From assembly GCA_963667195.1 (NCBI GenBank), contig OY762962.1:2515671-2579670 (forward strand): a stretch of DNA of 64,000 nt. Direction: 5' to 3'. Each line of letters begins with the position of its first letter. The stretch's first letter is position 1. Positions 27,812 through 38,012 of this stretch are shown one piece after another. Below the pieces are notes generated by a model. The model worked only from the letters and a program-made list of their open reading frames with translations. It was not told the origin of the DNA and did no database searches. The stretch is from Christensenellaceae bacterium (GTDB taxonomy: Bacteria > Bacillota > Clostridia > Christensenellales > CAG-138). Both the position numbers and the translations under genes were made by a program.

Positions 27812-30800
27812 ATGAGCAGACGTAGTAAGAAAGTCAATGAGACGCCAGTATCATCCTATGGTCCGGATTTCAACCCGGCAGTTGTTGATCGCAAGAAAAG
27901 CACCGGTGTTTATGTCAACGGTGTAAAAGTGACATCAAACATTGATGATCAAGCGAAGTACGATGCGCGTGGATCTTCGGCTCCAGTAACTCAACAACCG
28001 AAGCTGGCGACCATTGATACCCCTACGAAAAAGGACGATGGTATTTCCGGATTTTTCAAAAACGTATTTGGAGGCGCTACGCCTGCGGCGAAGAAAACGT
28101 CTGCTCCTACGCCTGCGCAGACTCAAGCCATAACCAGCGCGGGGAACTTTGGCGCGCAGAAGATCGCAACTGCGAACGATGTTGTTCGTAGTATTTTCGG
28201 AAAGATTTACACGGATAAGCAAGCGGCGGCGAATCCTTCGGCGCAAGCGGCCGCAACGAATGCCACACTCAAGACTGCAAAAGAAGGGATAGGAGTTGGG
28301 GTAGCCCCATCTCTAAACGTTCCGACTCAAGCGGAAAACGACGCGGCAAAGCTTGCAACGTATTTGGCACTGAAGAACCAAGCTGACTTCGCGCAAAACA
28401 CAGCAGCCGGCGACGGAAATATCGGAAGGACATACCTCGGCCCGCGTTACCGCTATATCAACGATCTGCAGGGAGTCCGAGAAGGGGTGACCCGCACGGG
28501 CGGTAACGCTTTTGATCTTGTTGTCAATGCAATGTCGGGCCCGGATGTTGCGCTTGCTCGGCAGGGCATGGGGCAGGTGTATGCAAACCAATACAGGCTC
28601 TATGACCAAATGAACCAGGACGAAATCAACGTCTTAAACTACATGGTTAAGACGCGCGGCGAACGAGAAGCCGAGCAATATCTCAAGCTACTCGAACCGA
28701 CGTTGACCCAGCGGCAAGCTGATGAGGAAAAACAACTATCAAAAACGCTTTCTGACACACCAGTCATCGGAAGTATTGCGAGCGTCCCGCTTAACGCTGC
28801 ATCCGCTATGGAGGGTGGAATCACCATGCTTGCCGGACTCGGCGGGATGGATCTGTCTCAAAACGATGCGTTTCGCGGTGCAACGCGGATTGCGTCTGAC
28901 ATCCGGAGCAATATCACAGGGAAGATGACTCCTGTCGGGTCCTTTTTTTATCAGACAGGAATGAGCATGCTTGACACGGCGTTCCGACTCCCGTTTGGGA
29001 ACGGCGGACTTGCTATCGCGGGTATGAGCTCAGCCGCTCAAACGGCGCAGCAATCGATTGAGGATGGCGCGTCAACAGAACAGACGCTTTGGCTCGCCGG
29101 AATCTCTGGATCGCTGGAAATCGTTACTGAAAAGCTTAGCCTCGACAACCTGATTCATGCAAAAGCAGCAGGGAATTTGACGGGCGTGATAAAAGCCGCG
29201 CTGACTCAAGGTGGGATCGAAGCATCGGAAGAAACAGCTTCTGCGCTTGGGAACCTCACGGCTGACATTCTGATCCGAAAGGGTGATTCCCAGTGGAATC
29301 AGGAAGTTGATTCGTATATGCGCGCTGGGTTGTCTCGCGAAGAGGCAAACAAGAAGACGCTCATTGACCAATCGTGGCAGGTTGCTTCGCAGGCGGCTGG
29401 CGGGTTTATGTCCGGTATTTTCTTCGGCTCAGGCGGGCAGATCATGAGCAGTTACGAAACCGGGCAGCAGCAGGGCGCGAAGGGATTGCAAGCCGTTGGG
29501 AAGGGCATGAAGACCGTAGCGGCGTATGATGCCGCAGTGGAAGCATACAAGCAAGCCATGAAGCAAACACCGCGTTACTCGGCGGAAGAGAGAATCTCTA
29601 TCGCGCGAGATCTCGAAGCGAGCGGGCTTTCTTCTGCAAATAAAGATGGCATTGCAAATTTGATCGACAAGTTCGCCATGCAGCCAGATGGGTGGATCAC
29701 CGAGCGCGGTCAGGAGCTCACGGAGCAGGCGATTCAGGTCACGCGGAAGGCGGCGGAAAAAGGCTACGTCGCAGAAGCGCAGCTGCAGGCAAAACAAACG
29801 CGCGCGCTTGAGCGCCTGAACACAATGTTTTCGGACATCCAGGCATCGTATAAGGCAACGGAAGACGCGCTCAATCGTGGAGACCTTGCAGCGCACACGA
29901 AAGCGGTAGAAGCCACCACAGCAGCAATCGCGAAGTATCAGAGCGCGTACAACACCGAACAGGCGGACTTGAAGGCGCAGAAGATCCAGCGGGAATCGGA
30001 GCAGCGCGCGGCAGCCGAATCGATTTCGTCTGCATCACGCAAACTGCAGGCACAGCTGCCGGCAGAGATGGAACACCATGTTCAGATCGCAGAGCAGATC
30101 GAAGCGCAGGCCGCGCCCGCCAAGGCGAGCGTAAGCCCCGTAGCGCAACCGCAAGCTGCGTCAATGGAATCTATGCCTGCCGCCGATTTAACCACGCAGG
30201 CCGCAGCGCCTTCAGCGCAGGCTGCAAGCGGGAAGCAATCCGCGGCGGAAGCTGCAATGGTAGACACTGCCAACTCGCTCTCAACAACTGAGGACCCGGA
30301 AACGTGGAACCAGCAAATGTCGCGATACGATCCGAAGTACGTGCGGTACAACGGGATCAACGACTGGATCGAGCAAACCAGTGACCCGGCATTCTCGATG
30401 CTTGCGGCGTTGACTGTGGATGGTAAAACGCTATTGGTGCCATCCAACTACAATACGCAGCTCGGTGGAAGAGATGTTTCGACAGTCTTCGATATCGAAG
30501 AACCGCAGGACGGAGAAGTGGCACGCGCTTACCGCATTGACAAAGCGGCTGAGGTTGAGCCGTATGGAAATTACTATCGACTGGTATCTAAAGGCAAAAT
30601 CTCATTATTGACAGCACAGCCCGTAACTGGTAATGTGAGTGCAACGGGAAAAACCGCACAAACAAAGCCCGCGCCGGGCACGTTCAACCTTGTCGGCAGC
30701 GTGATGCAAAAGGCGACTGGCGCGCCGGCAAACAATCAGCAATCAGCCAAGACGCGGGGGAATCCCGACGTCAACGTCATGAAATACGTGCTAAACGGAG

Positions 30801-33800
30801 GTAAGCCGAATGGAGAGCAAGGAAGAAACGCGGCTCTGGCCGAACAAACCATATCTGGACTTCAGCAAAGCGGTACCGGAGACGGATCCGGAGATGTTAG
30901 CGCTCAACGCGCGGATGCGCAAGCGTCTGGACGAAATTTCGGAAGCGCAGGACGTGATGGATCGAATCGATCGGATGCGCGCGGAGGGCAAGTATCCACC
31001 GGCGCCGTCTGGAACGAAACAAACCTCCAAGACCTGACGAAGGCCGCGGCGTCCATCAATGCTGAGCTGACGCGCGCAGGCATCGCACCGCTGGAGGAAG
31101 GCGACTTGGTACCCGTGGAAACACTGGATCAGGAAAGCGCATACTGGTTAAAACGCATGGAGAGCCTATCCGGAAGGAAGGCTCTTGTTTATGCGTCAAA
31201 ATCAGGCAGGACGGACGTCAAGAACGGCTTTGCCAACAACGGGCGCGAGCATGTGCGCTATCAGCAGGGCAGGATCATGGCGTTCCACTTCGCGCATGAA
31301 ATCGCGGAGAACAGCACGCGCATTCGCGCGGCCGGAGACAAAGTGCTCAAGTCCATCGGCGATGATTCGTTCAAAAACTATCTGCGCATCAAGGGCGCGG
31401 AGGGCGCGGACGCGGAAACGCAGAAGGCTCTGCGCAAGGAATTCGTTTGCGACGCCTATGGCGCGGTGATGTTCAACACCATTGCAGAAGCAAGGTTAAA
31501 CTCACAGCTGGGGATCAGCGACGAAGACTTCAAAGAGTTCGCCAATGCCTTCGCTGACCACCTTGCAGCCCCGGCGATCTCGGAAGAGGCGCTGGACAAA
31601 GAAACGCGCTCGAACCTGCGCGGGAGCGCGTACTCGAGCACGGATGTGGTGGACAGCAAACCAAACGCACTTGATGATGCCTACCTTGATGCGCTGAGAA
31701 CAGGCAATATGAACCGCGCACAATTGCTTGTAGATGAAGCGGCTGAAGAAGCTGGATTCATGCCTCTGTATCACGGAACGACAAAAGATGGTTATGCAAA
31801 GATTCTTCAGAGTGGGAAGCTCAAGGCAAAAGGCGAATACGCTGTATATTTAACAACGTCATCCGATTTCGAGGGATATGGCGATGGGACCTTGGTAAGA
31901 CTCGCGGTGCAGTCGGATCGCGTTGAGATTGATGACGAATTTCCATCAGGAAGGATTGACTATCGTGCGGAAACGGACAAATCACGGAGCGTTCAGGTGA
32001 AATCGATGGATGCCGTGACTCGAGATGACGCGGGAAAAGTTATCCCCCTGTCAAAGCGATTTGACATTAAGAACCCAGATATTCGCTTTTCTTCCACAGA
32101 CGTCGCTGATCCGCAAAACGACTCATATGCCGCGGAAGCGCTCAACCTCTACCGGGATGGCGTGTCGTACGAATCCTACATGAACAGGCCGGATGCGGAT
32201 TGGCGAGTGGGGAAGCAGCTCAACGGAATGTGGAACGGCTTGCGGAAGATCCGCGTCATGCAGCGCGCGCTGGATCTCTACGAGAACAAGGTGACTCCGG
32301 CGCAATACTGGGAGCAGAACAAGCTGCACTGGGGCAAGGAGGGCGACCAGGACACGCAGGTGCTCAGCCAGCTCTATGGCATGTACCTGCGCAACGACAT
32401 TCCCATGGGCGGCCGTCTCGGCGAGGGCGAGGGCGGGCAGCTGGAAACGCTGCTCAAGGACATTGGCTCAGCTCGGCAGTTTCACCAGATGACGCTTACG
32501 GGAAAATCCCCGGCGCGCCTGTTTGAGGATTTACCGTCGTATCGGAAAGGGAACACGCTGCCGAACCAGATGAAAAACTATCGTGACGGCGAGATCATGC
32601 GCGAAACCTACTTTGATTACCTCGTGAAAAACAACGCATCGCGCGCGGCTTACATGAAGTCGTGGCACGATAAAGTGCAGGAGGCGTTCAAGGGCGGAAG
32701 CGTGCGTGAATCGAACTTGGCTCAGCTGCTCGGCGAGAAGATTGTCGACAAGGAGAACCTGAAGCAGGCGATCTACGACGGCAATCACATGCTGGTGCGC
32801 GCGATCGACGGTTGGTTTGTCTTTGAGCATTCGGGCAAGCTGCTGGCGTTCTGCGACGGCGAAACAACGTTTTATCGCGATCCCAACGCGGACAAAATCC
32901 GAAAGGCGGCGAACAAGGCGAGCAACGTCGATAAAACGGAATCTCAGAAAGCACGCGAGCGGCTGAAGGAGAAGTTCACACAGGTTGATCAGAGCATAAT
33001 CCGCGTCGACCGCAAGGGCAACAATGCCGTGATCTATATTCCCGGCATCCGGAACCCGGTGCAGATCCACAACGGAAAAGCACCGAACGCGCAGATTGCG
33101 ATTCGCACAGCGGACGCGTTGACCAACTATTATGCGCAAGCGTGGCAGGATCAATCCCGCGTCCTGGTCGAAAATGGGTACGCGCCGGCGAAGTTCATTC
33201 CAGATTATTTCCCGCATCTATGGCAGGAAGAGTCCGGCTTAAACGGTGTGATTGAAGCGTTTGTCGGCTACGAGCCGCCAACACAGATTGCGGGACTCAC
33301 AGGCGGGTTCAAGCCGGGGAAACCCTGGGCGGCGCACCTGCAGGAACGCACCGGCCCGCTGACGGAGTTCGACGCGATTCGCGGATTCAACCAGTATGTG
33401 CAGAAGGCAGGGGACGTGATCTTCATGACGCCCGCCGTTCAGCGTCTGCGGCAACTGGAAAGCTACCTCCGCGTCAACGCCGGGGAGAAGTACGACGCGA
33501 CCGCGCACAGCACATTCGTGGAGTGGCTGCGGAAGTATACCAATGCCATAGCGAACAAGAAGGCAGAGCTGGATCGCAGCGCGGAGAGCCTCTTCGGGCA
33601 CGAAGCGTTTTCTATCAGCCGGGCGGCAACCACGCTGATCTCGCGATCGGCGGTGCAGGGCAGTCTGAGCAGCGCACTTTCACAGACGATCTCCTATATC
33701 GCCGCACTTCCTACGCTCAATGCGAAAAGCGCGGTAAAGGGAACGTGGCAGGCAATCGGGCAATCTATGCTGGCGATGGCTGACAGCAAGCATTACGACA

Positions 33801-35194
33801 AGTTCGAGGAAAAGGTGCCGTTCCTACAGGCGCGCTTCGGTGCGTATGAAGAGATTCTGACAAAGGGCATCCAAAAAGCGGACAAAGCGTACAATGGAAC
33901 GCTCAGCTGGCTATTCACGGCAATGGATCGATTCGCAACGGAAGCAGTTGCCCGGGCAAAGTTCGACGAACTGCGTTCAAAGGGAAGAACGGAGGAAGAA
34001 GCCGGGAGAGAAACCAGCGCCTACTGCGTGAAGCTTTTCGCCGACCGCAGCAAGGGCATGGCGCCGGTGCTTCTGAACAACAAGGTACTAAAGCCGTTCC
34101 TGCAGTTCCAGTTGGAAGTGGAAAACCAGATGCATCACTTCCGCGATATCAAGCGGCAGAGCACTGCGGAAGCATACGACCTGCTGACAAATCCGCAAAT
34201 GGCTGAAAAGCGTGCCCGGCAGGGAATCACCGAAGACATGGTCAATCAAATGCTTGGGAACGAACCGCTTTCGCTCGAAGCGACGAAACTCCAGCGCAAA
34301 ATCATGGCATCCGGAAACGCGAAGAAGTGGATCCGGATGCTCATGTATCTCGTATATCTCTCACTTTGGGGCGAGTTCACGCGCGCGACCATGGGGCGCG
34401 ACCAGACGTGGAACCCTTATGGCATGACGAAGGACTTTATCCAGGACGTGAAGAGTGACGGATTTCCGGCCGCGATGGTAAACCTCGGCGCGAACGCGAT
34501 CGAGCAACTGCCATATGCTTCTTTCGCAACGGGCGGACGTGTACCGATCGGCGCAGGGATCGACAAGTTTGCGACGGTGGCACAGGACGTTTACAGCGGA
34601 ATAAGTGAAGGCGACTGGCAGGGACTCGGCCGACATGCACTGATGGCGGGCGCCGCGGTCACGCCGGCAGGCGGTCAGCTGCGGAAGATCGGAACTGGAA
34701 TCGAGTCGCAAATCAAGCAGGGTTATTATACCGACAAAGGGGAGCTGCGATACCCGGTTACCTCAAAGGACTACGTGAAGTCGATCCTCTTCGGACCGTC
34801 CGCGGCAGCTCCGGAAGGGTACGATTGGAACGACACGCTCACTGCGTCAAAAACAGACGCCTATAAGAGCATGATTGCTGAGGGCGTGGATCCAATCGCG
34901 GCTTACACTATGCTGCTCCACAGCGGAACAACCAATGCGGAAAAAGGCCTGGCAATTCTAACCTCGGACAGCAATGGCGACGGGAAGCCAGATTTTCAGG
35001 GAAAAGACGTGAATCTCGTAGCGTCAATTCTCGGAATCAAGTACGACAGTAAGAAGGACGGGTCATTCCAGAACTGGACGAAGAAAGCCGCCGAAGATTA
35101 CATCGAGAAGGCAGAGAAAGATGGCGTAACTCCGGACGAAAAAAAGAAGATCGACAGCATCAAGCGGATGATGCAACTCATGCTGGGAAACTAA
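27812..35194 (+). CDS. 2460-aa giant internal virion / polyvalent-type protein
   Basis: Gly/Ala hydrophobic helices, AHEIAE...EFVCD peptidase-like segment, LYHGT...VYLT ADP-ribosyltransferase-like segment. Confidence 0.8.
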   Translation: MSRRSKKVNETPVSSYGPDFNPAVVDRKKSTGVYVNGVKVTSNIDDQAKYDARGSSAPVTQQPKLATIDTPTKKDDGISGFFKNVFGGATPAAKKTSAPTPAQTQAITSAGNFGAQKIATANDVVRSIFGKIYTDKQAAANPSAQAAATNATLKTAKEGIGVGVAPSLNVPTQAENDAAKLATYLALKNQADFAQNTAAGDGNIGRTYLGPRYRYINDLQGVREGVTRTGGNAFDLVVNAMSGPDVALARQGMGQVYANQYRLYDQMNQDEINVLNYMVKTRGEREAEQYLKLLEPTLTQRQADEEKQLSKTLSDTPVIGSIASVPLNAASAMEGGITMLAGLGGMDLSQNDAFRGATRIASDIRSNITGKMTPVGSFFYQTGMSMLDTAFRLPFGNGGLAIAGMSSAAQTAQQSIEDGASTEQTLWLAGISGSLEIVTEKLSLDNLIHAKAAGNLTGVIKAALTQGGIEASEETASALGNLTADILIRKGDSQWNQEVDSYMRAGLSREEANKKTLIDQSWQVASQAAGGFMSGIFFGSGGQIMSSYETGQQQGAKGLQAVGKGMKTVAAYDAAVEAYKQAMKQTPRYSAEERISIARDLEASGLSSANKDGIANLIDKFAMQPDGWITERGQELTEQAIQVTRKAAEKGYVAEAQLQAKQTRALERLNTMFSDIQASYKATEDALNRGDLAAHTKAVEATTAAIAKYQSAYNTEQADLKAQKIQRESEQRAAAESISSASRKLQAQLPAEMEHHVQIAEQIEAQAAPAKASVSPVAQPQAASMESMPAADLTTQAAAPSAQAASGKQSAAEAAMVDTANSLSTTEDPETWNQQMSRYDPKYVRYNGINDWIEQTSDPAFSMLAALTVDGKTLLVPSNYNTQLGGRDVSTVFDIEEPQDGEVARAYRIDKAAEVEPYGNYYRLVSKGKISLLTAQPVTGNVSATGKTAQTKPAPGTFNLVGSVMQKATGAPANNQQSAKTRGNPDVNVMKYVLNGGKPNGEQGRNAALAEQTISGLQQSGTGDGSGDVSAQRADAQASGRNFGSAGRDGSNRSDARGGQVSTGAVWNETNLQDLTKAAASINAELTRAGIAPLEEGDLVPVETLDQESAYWLKRMESLSGRKALVYASKSGRTDVKNGFANNGREHVRYQQGRIMAFHFAHEIAENSTRIRAAGDKVLKSIGDDSFKNYLRIKGAEGADAETQKALRKEFVCDAYGAVMFNTIAEARLNSQLGISDEDFKEFANAFADHLAAPAISEEALDKETRSNLRGSAYSSTDVVDSKPNALDDAYLDALRTGNMNRAQLLVDEAAEEAGFMPLYHGTTKDGYAKILQSGKLKAKGEYAVYLTTSSDFEGYGDGTLVRLAVQSDRVEIDDEFPSGRIDYRAETDKSRSVQVKSMDAVTRDDAGKVIPLSKRFDIKNPDIRFSSTDVADPQNDSYAAEALNLYRDGVSYESYMNRPDADWRVGKQLNGMWNGLRKIRVMQRALDLYENKVTPAQYWEQNKLHWGKEGDQDTQVLSQLYGMYLRNDIPMGGRLGEGEGGQLETLLKDIGSARQFHQMTLTGKSPARLFEDLPSYRKGNTLPNQMKNYRDGEIMRETYFDYLVKNNASRAAYMKSWHDKVQEAFKGGSVRESNLAQLLGEKIVDKENLKQAIYDGNHMLVRAIDGWFVFEHSGKLLAFCDGETTFYRDPNADKIRKAANKASNVDKTESQKARERLKEKFTQVDQSIIRVDRKGNNAVIYIPGIRNPVQIHNGKAPNAQIAIRTADALTNYYAQAWQDQSRVLVENGYAPAKFIPDYFPHLWQEESGLNGVIEAFVGYEPPTQIAGLTGGFKPGKPWAAHLQERTGPLTEFDAIRGFNQYVQKAGDVIFMTPAVQRLRQLESYLRVNAGEKYDATAHSTFVEWLRKYTNAIANKKAELDRSAESLFGHEAFSISRAATTLISRSAVQGSLSSALSQTISYIAALPTLNAKSAVKGTWQAIGQSMLAMADSKHYDKFEEKVPFLQARFGAYEEILTKGIQKADKAYNGTLSWLFTAMDRFATEAVARAKFDELRSKGRTEEEAGRETSAYCVKLFADRSKGMAPVLLNNKVLKPFLQFQLEVENQMHHFRDIKRQSTAEAYDLLTNPQMAEKRARQGITEDMVNQMLGNEPLSLEATKLQRKIMASGNAKKWIRMLMYLVYLSLWGEFTRATMGRDQTWNPYGMTKDFIQDVKSDGFPAAMVNLGANAIEQLPYASFATGGRVPIGAGIDKFATVAQDVYSGISEGDWQGLGRHALMAGAAVTPAGGQLRKIGTGIESQIKQGYYTDKGELRYPVTSKDYVKSILFGPSAAAPEGYDWNDTLTASKTDAYKSMIAEGVDPIAAYTMLLHSGTTNAEKGLAILTSDSNGDGKPDFQGKDVNLVASILGIKYDSKKDGSFQNWTKKAAEDYIEKAEKDGVTPDEKKKIDSIKRMMQLMLGN
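30608..30636 (+). promoter_or_regulatory. promoter internal to giant gene
   Basis: TTGACA-17 nt-TAATGT with TGn extension. Confidence 0.5.
30810..31037 (+). CDS. nested 75-aa ORF in +1 frame of giant gene
   Basis: SD GGAGGT 7 nt before ATG; overlapped main-frame segment is low-complexity Gly/Ser/Arg. Confidence 0.6.
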   Translation: MESKEETRLWPNKPYLDFSKAVPETDPEMLALNARMRKRLDEISEAQDVMDRIDRMRAEGKYPPAPSGTKQTSKT

Positions 35195-35208
35195 CAAACA
35201 AACGCGAC

Positions 35209-35237
35209 AAGGGGCGCCCGTTCGGGCGCTCCTTTTT
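35209..35237 (+). terminator. intrinsic terminator
   Basis: AAGGGGCGCCCG-TT-CGGGCGCTCCTTTTT. Confidence 0.75.
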
Positions 35238-35254
35238 GCATGCAGGAGGCAACC

Positions 35255-36400
35255 ATGTCAGAAACATTCAAAACGCATTACGTGTCGCTGGACATGTACA
35301 AGACATCGAGCGACACCTTTGAAGTGGTTGAGGGCGACACCGCAAACCTCATCGTTATCACACTGTCCGATCGCGGGAACCCGGTCGACCTGACAGGGTG
35401 CAAAGTGCTGGTCGTGTTTGTTCGCGGCGGCGTGCCGGCGCAACAGGACACGGACGGTAACGGGGTAACGATCTCCGGAGAGCACAACAATATCATCAAC
35501 GTAGATTTGTACGCTTCGAGCTATGCAAACGGAAACAACACGGCCGAAGTTCAGGTTTGGAGCGGGGAAAACTATGAAAGGCTTGCGACGAGCGCCTGGT
35601 TCAACTTCAAAGCGCGTAGGGCAAAGATCAACGATAATACGTTGCTTGCTGTTCCGACGTTCCCGTTGCTGTCGGGAATGCTCGCAAAGCTTTTAAATAT
35701 TGTGCGCGGCGTACAGGCAAAGTGGTCAACCACGGACTCGACGGATCCGTCGTACATCCAGGATAAACCTGTAATCGGGACGGATATTCAAGCCCCGACT
35801 AATTCGCTTCCCGTTGACTATGCACCGGTTGGAACCGATGCTGCGCCGATCTATCGCTTTGGAACTGGTCACATCAAAATGACACTTGCAACGATACTCG
35901 GGTACATTCGTGCGCAGTTGGATACCTACTTCGCGCCGTTGTCACACGCTGCTCGACATGCGTTTGGCGCGGCGGACGCGATCACGACCGATGCTTCGCC
36001 CACTGATGGTAGCAACAACCCGCTCAGGAGCGGTGGCGCTTTCACGGCACTCGCGGGGAAATCTAATTTGTCAAGCGGGATCGTTGCGCAGGCAGAGGCT
36101 CGGACGAAGCTAATTGAGAAAACCGCGAGCTGGACGTTATCCGCGGCGGACATCGAGTGCGTCCTCGTTTGCAACAGCTCTTCCGCAATCACGGTCACGA
36201 TTCCGCTGGACTCCGCATATAACGCGCCCGTGGGTACCTGTTTCAGCTTCATTCGCTGGGGCACCGGTACGCTCACCTTTGTAAAAGATGCAAGCGCGAA
36301 CTGGATTCCACTGAACAGCGTGACCGCTGTATCAGTTCAGGGCGGCGCTGCAACTCTCATCAAGATCGCGGCGAATGTGTGGTGGCTGTCGTGCAACTGA
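35255..36400 (+). CDS. tail fibre/spike protein with BppU-like N-terminus
   Basis: EGDTAN.I.ITL.D.G.PVDLTG; C-terminal ITVTIP...PVGT...GTGTLT. Confidence 0.7.
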   Translation: MSETFKTHYVSLDMYKTSSDTFEVVEGDTANLIVITLSDRGNPVDLTGCKVLVVFVRGGVPAQQDTDGNGVTISGEHNNIINVDLYASSYANGNNTAEVQVWSGENYERLATSAWFNFKARRAKINDNTLLAVPTFPLLSGMLAKLLNIVRGVQAKWSTTDSTDPSYIQDKPVIGTDIQAPTNSLPVDYAPVGTDAAPIYRFGTGHIKMTLATILGYIRAQLDTYFAPLSHAARHAFGAADAITTDASPTDGSNNPLRSGGAFTALAGKSNLSSGIVAQAEARTKLIEKTASWTLSAADIECVLVCNSSSAITVTIPLDSAYNAPVGTCFSFIRWGTGTLTFVKDASANWIPLNSVTAVSVQGGAATLIKIAANVWWLSCN

Positions 36401-36834
36401 TACGGAAAATGACCATGCGCAAGGGCGGGAAGACGTGGTATTACGACACGGGAGTTTTTAAGACCATTTCTAACGTTATTGCATACAAACTCGGCTCTGG
36501 TGCAACGCCTTGGATCGATAAGTATTCAACCTACTTCCAGTGGAACGTGAGCAGCGGTCAAGGGTATTTCTGCCCCGATATTCCTGTTGATTTGACCCCG
36601 ATTCGGCAAATTCATTTCATCGCGAATAACGTAAACGGAACAACCGTTTTCGTCGGTGTGCAACCCAGCAATGCCAATATTACGGGGCTGCGCTCTGTGA
36701 ACGTTACTTCTTCGACGGACGCTGAATACATCGTTGATGTTTCCGACTTGACAGGCAATTACTACCTGTCTGGCGGTTTCAGCGGAGGGAATACCACGAG
36801 GTATTTGCAGATCAAAAAAATGTGGGGAGAATAG
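36379..36834 (+). CDS. putative receptor-binding / fibre-tip protein (start uncertain)
   Basis: beta-rich, VDVSDLTGNYY; follows fibre gene. Confidence 0.55.
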   Translation: MVAVVQLIRKMTMRKGGKTWYYDTGVFKTISNVIAYKLGSGATPWIDKYSTYFQWNVSSGQGYFCPDIPVDLTPIRQIHFIANNVNGTTVFVGVQPSNANITGLRSVNVTSSTDAEYIVDVSDLTGNYYLSGGFSGGNTTRYLQIKKMWGE

Positions 36835-36843
36835 GAGGCAACC

Positions 36844-37635
36844 ATGACACGAATAGCACACGCTGTTCGCGCGGAAGACGGCACAAAAGATGGCGTCATT
36901 CCGGGCGATCAGGATGGCAAAGAGGTGCGAATCCAAACCTACTATGCCAAAAACGACGCGGGCAAGCCGTGGGAGCATGTCCTGCGCGCGCGGGATCCGG
37001 CCCTTGCTGAGCGGATTGCGGTGAATATGACTACTCTGGCGGAAAACGACCGCATTGGTTACAGCCAGCGACGCCGTATGACGTGGTACAACTCTGCGAA
37101 ATCGCAGGGCGGGAACATCGCGAAGGCTGCCGGCGACTGTGATTGCAGTTCAGGCGTGTCCGGAGGCACTCAGCTCGCGGGTGGAAAGCTCAAAGCGAAC
37201 CTAACCACAAGCAACATGCTGAATGGTTTCAAGGCAAGCGGGCAGTTTGAAATCCTAACGGATGCGAAATATCTCAGCTCGGCCGACTATCTGCGCCGCG
37301 GCGATATTCTTTTGCGCATCGGACACACGGCGGTGATCCTGGACAACGGCGCGAAAGCGGATCAGCCGGACGCGCCGGATGATGACACACTGCCGGCAGG
37401 AAAAACGTTCCGAATCGTCGTGGATAAGTACTGGGAAGCGGAAGGCAAGTCCTACGGCGTCAAAGATTGGTGCCGCGTCCGGAAGGGACCGACACTGGAT
37501 GATGACATCCTCGGGAAAGCCTACCCCGGCGAGATCTACGACGCCTATGGCTTTGCTGAGGACTGGTACCAAATCAATTACCACGGCCGCGTCGGCTATA
37601 TCTACAAACAGTTTGTATCGGAGGGCGAAACATAA
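36844..37635 (+). CDS. endolysin (NlpC/P60-CHAP-like plus SH3b)
   Basis: IGYSQ..R, DCSS, GDILL..GHTAV; VRKGP...WYQINYHGRVGYI. Confidence 0.88.
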   Translation: MTRIAHAVRAEDGTKDGVIPGDQDGKEVRIQTYYAKNDAGKPWEHVLRARDPALAERIAVNMTTLAENDRIGYSQRRRMTWYNSAKSQGGNIAKAAGDCDCSSGVSGGTQLAGGKLKANLTTSNMLNGFKASGQFEILTDAKYLSSADYLRRGDILLRIGHTAVILDNGAKADQPDAPDDDTLPAGKTFRIVVDKYWEAEGKSYGVKDWCRVRKGPTLDDDILGKAYPGEIYDAYGFAEDWYQINYHGRVGYIYKQFVSEGET

Positions 37636-38012
37636 TGGCAAGCAGCGAATCAGTAACACAGGAGGCGTTCGCCGGAAGAAACAAACTCTGTGATGAACGT
37701 GAGAAGCGGACTAACACTCGGTTGCGACAAACTGAAGAGCAACTCTCGCTCGCTTCGGCAAACCTCGTGAAAACGACCGAGATACTTAACCGCATATCCT
37801 CTACACAGGAGGATCACGAGAAAAGGCTTCGAGAAATCGAAGCCAGCGGCGGCTATGAGAAAATCACGCAGGAACAAGAGGACCACGAGCAACGACTTCG
37901 CGCGATGGAGTCGCGCGGCGGAAAGTGGTTCGACAAAATCGTTTCAGGGGTTATAGGTGCGGCGGTAGCCGCATTTATGGCATATATCATCTATGGAGGA
38001 GTAAAACCATGA
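37635..38012 (+). CDS. XhlA-like lysis protein
   Basis: coiled coil with one C-terminal TM helix; internal repeat QEDHE.RLR..E..GG. Confidence 0.65.
   Translation: MASSESVTQEAFAGRNKLCDEREKRTNTRLRQTEEQLSLASANLVKTTEILNRISSTQEDHEKRLREIEASGGYEKITQEQEDHEQRLRAMESRGGKWFDKIVSGVIGAAVAAFMAYIIYGGVKP

Noticed and set aside
27812..35194. Tape-measure protein
   Set aside because: No tail tube, chaperone or baseplate genes; the podovirus neck context and enzyme-like domains fit an ejection/polyvalent protein better.
35255..36834. Diversity-generating retroelement target in fibre genes
   Set aside because: No reverse transcriptase and no template/variable repeat pair noticed.
37800..37925. Internal duplication QEDHE.RLR..E..GG in lysis protein
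   Set aside because: Real, but a simple coiled-coil expansion with no evident further meaning.
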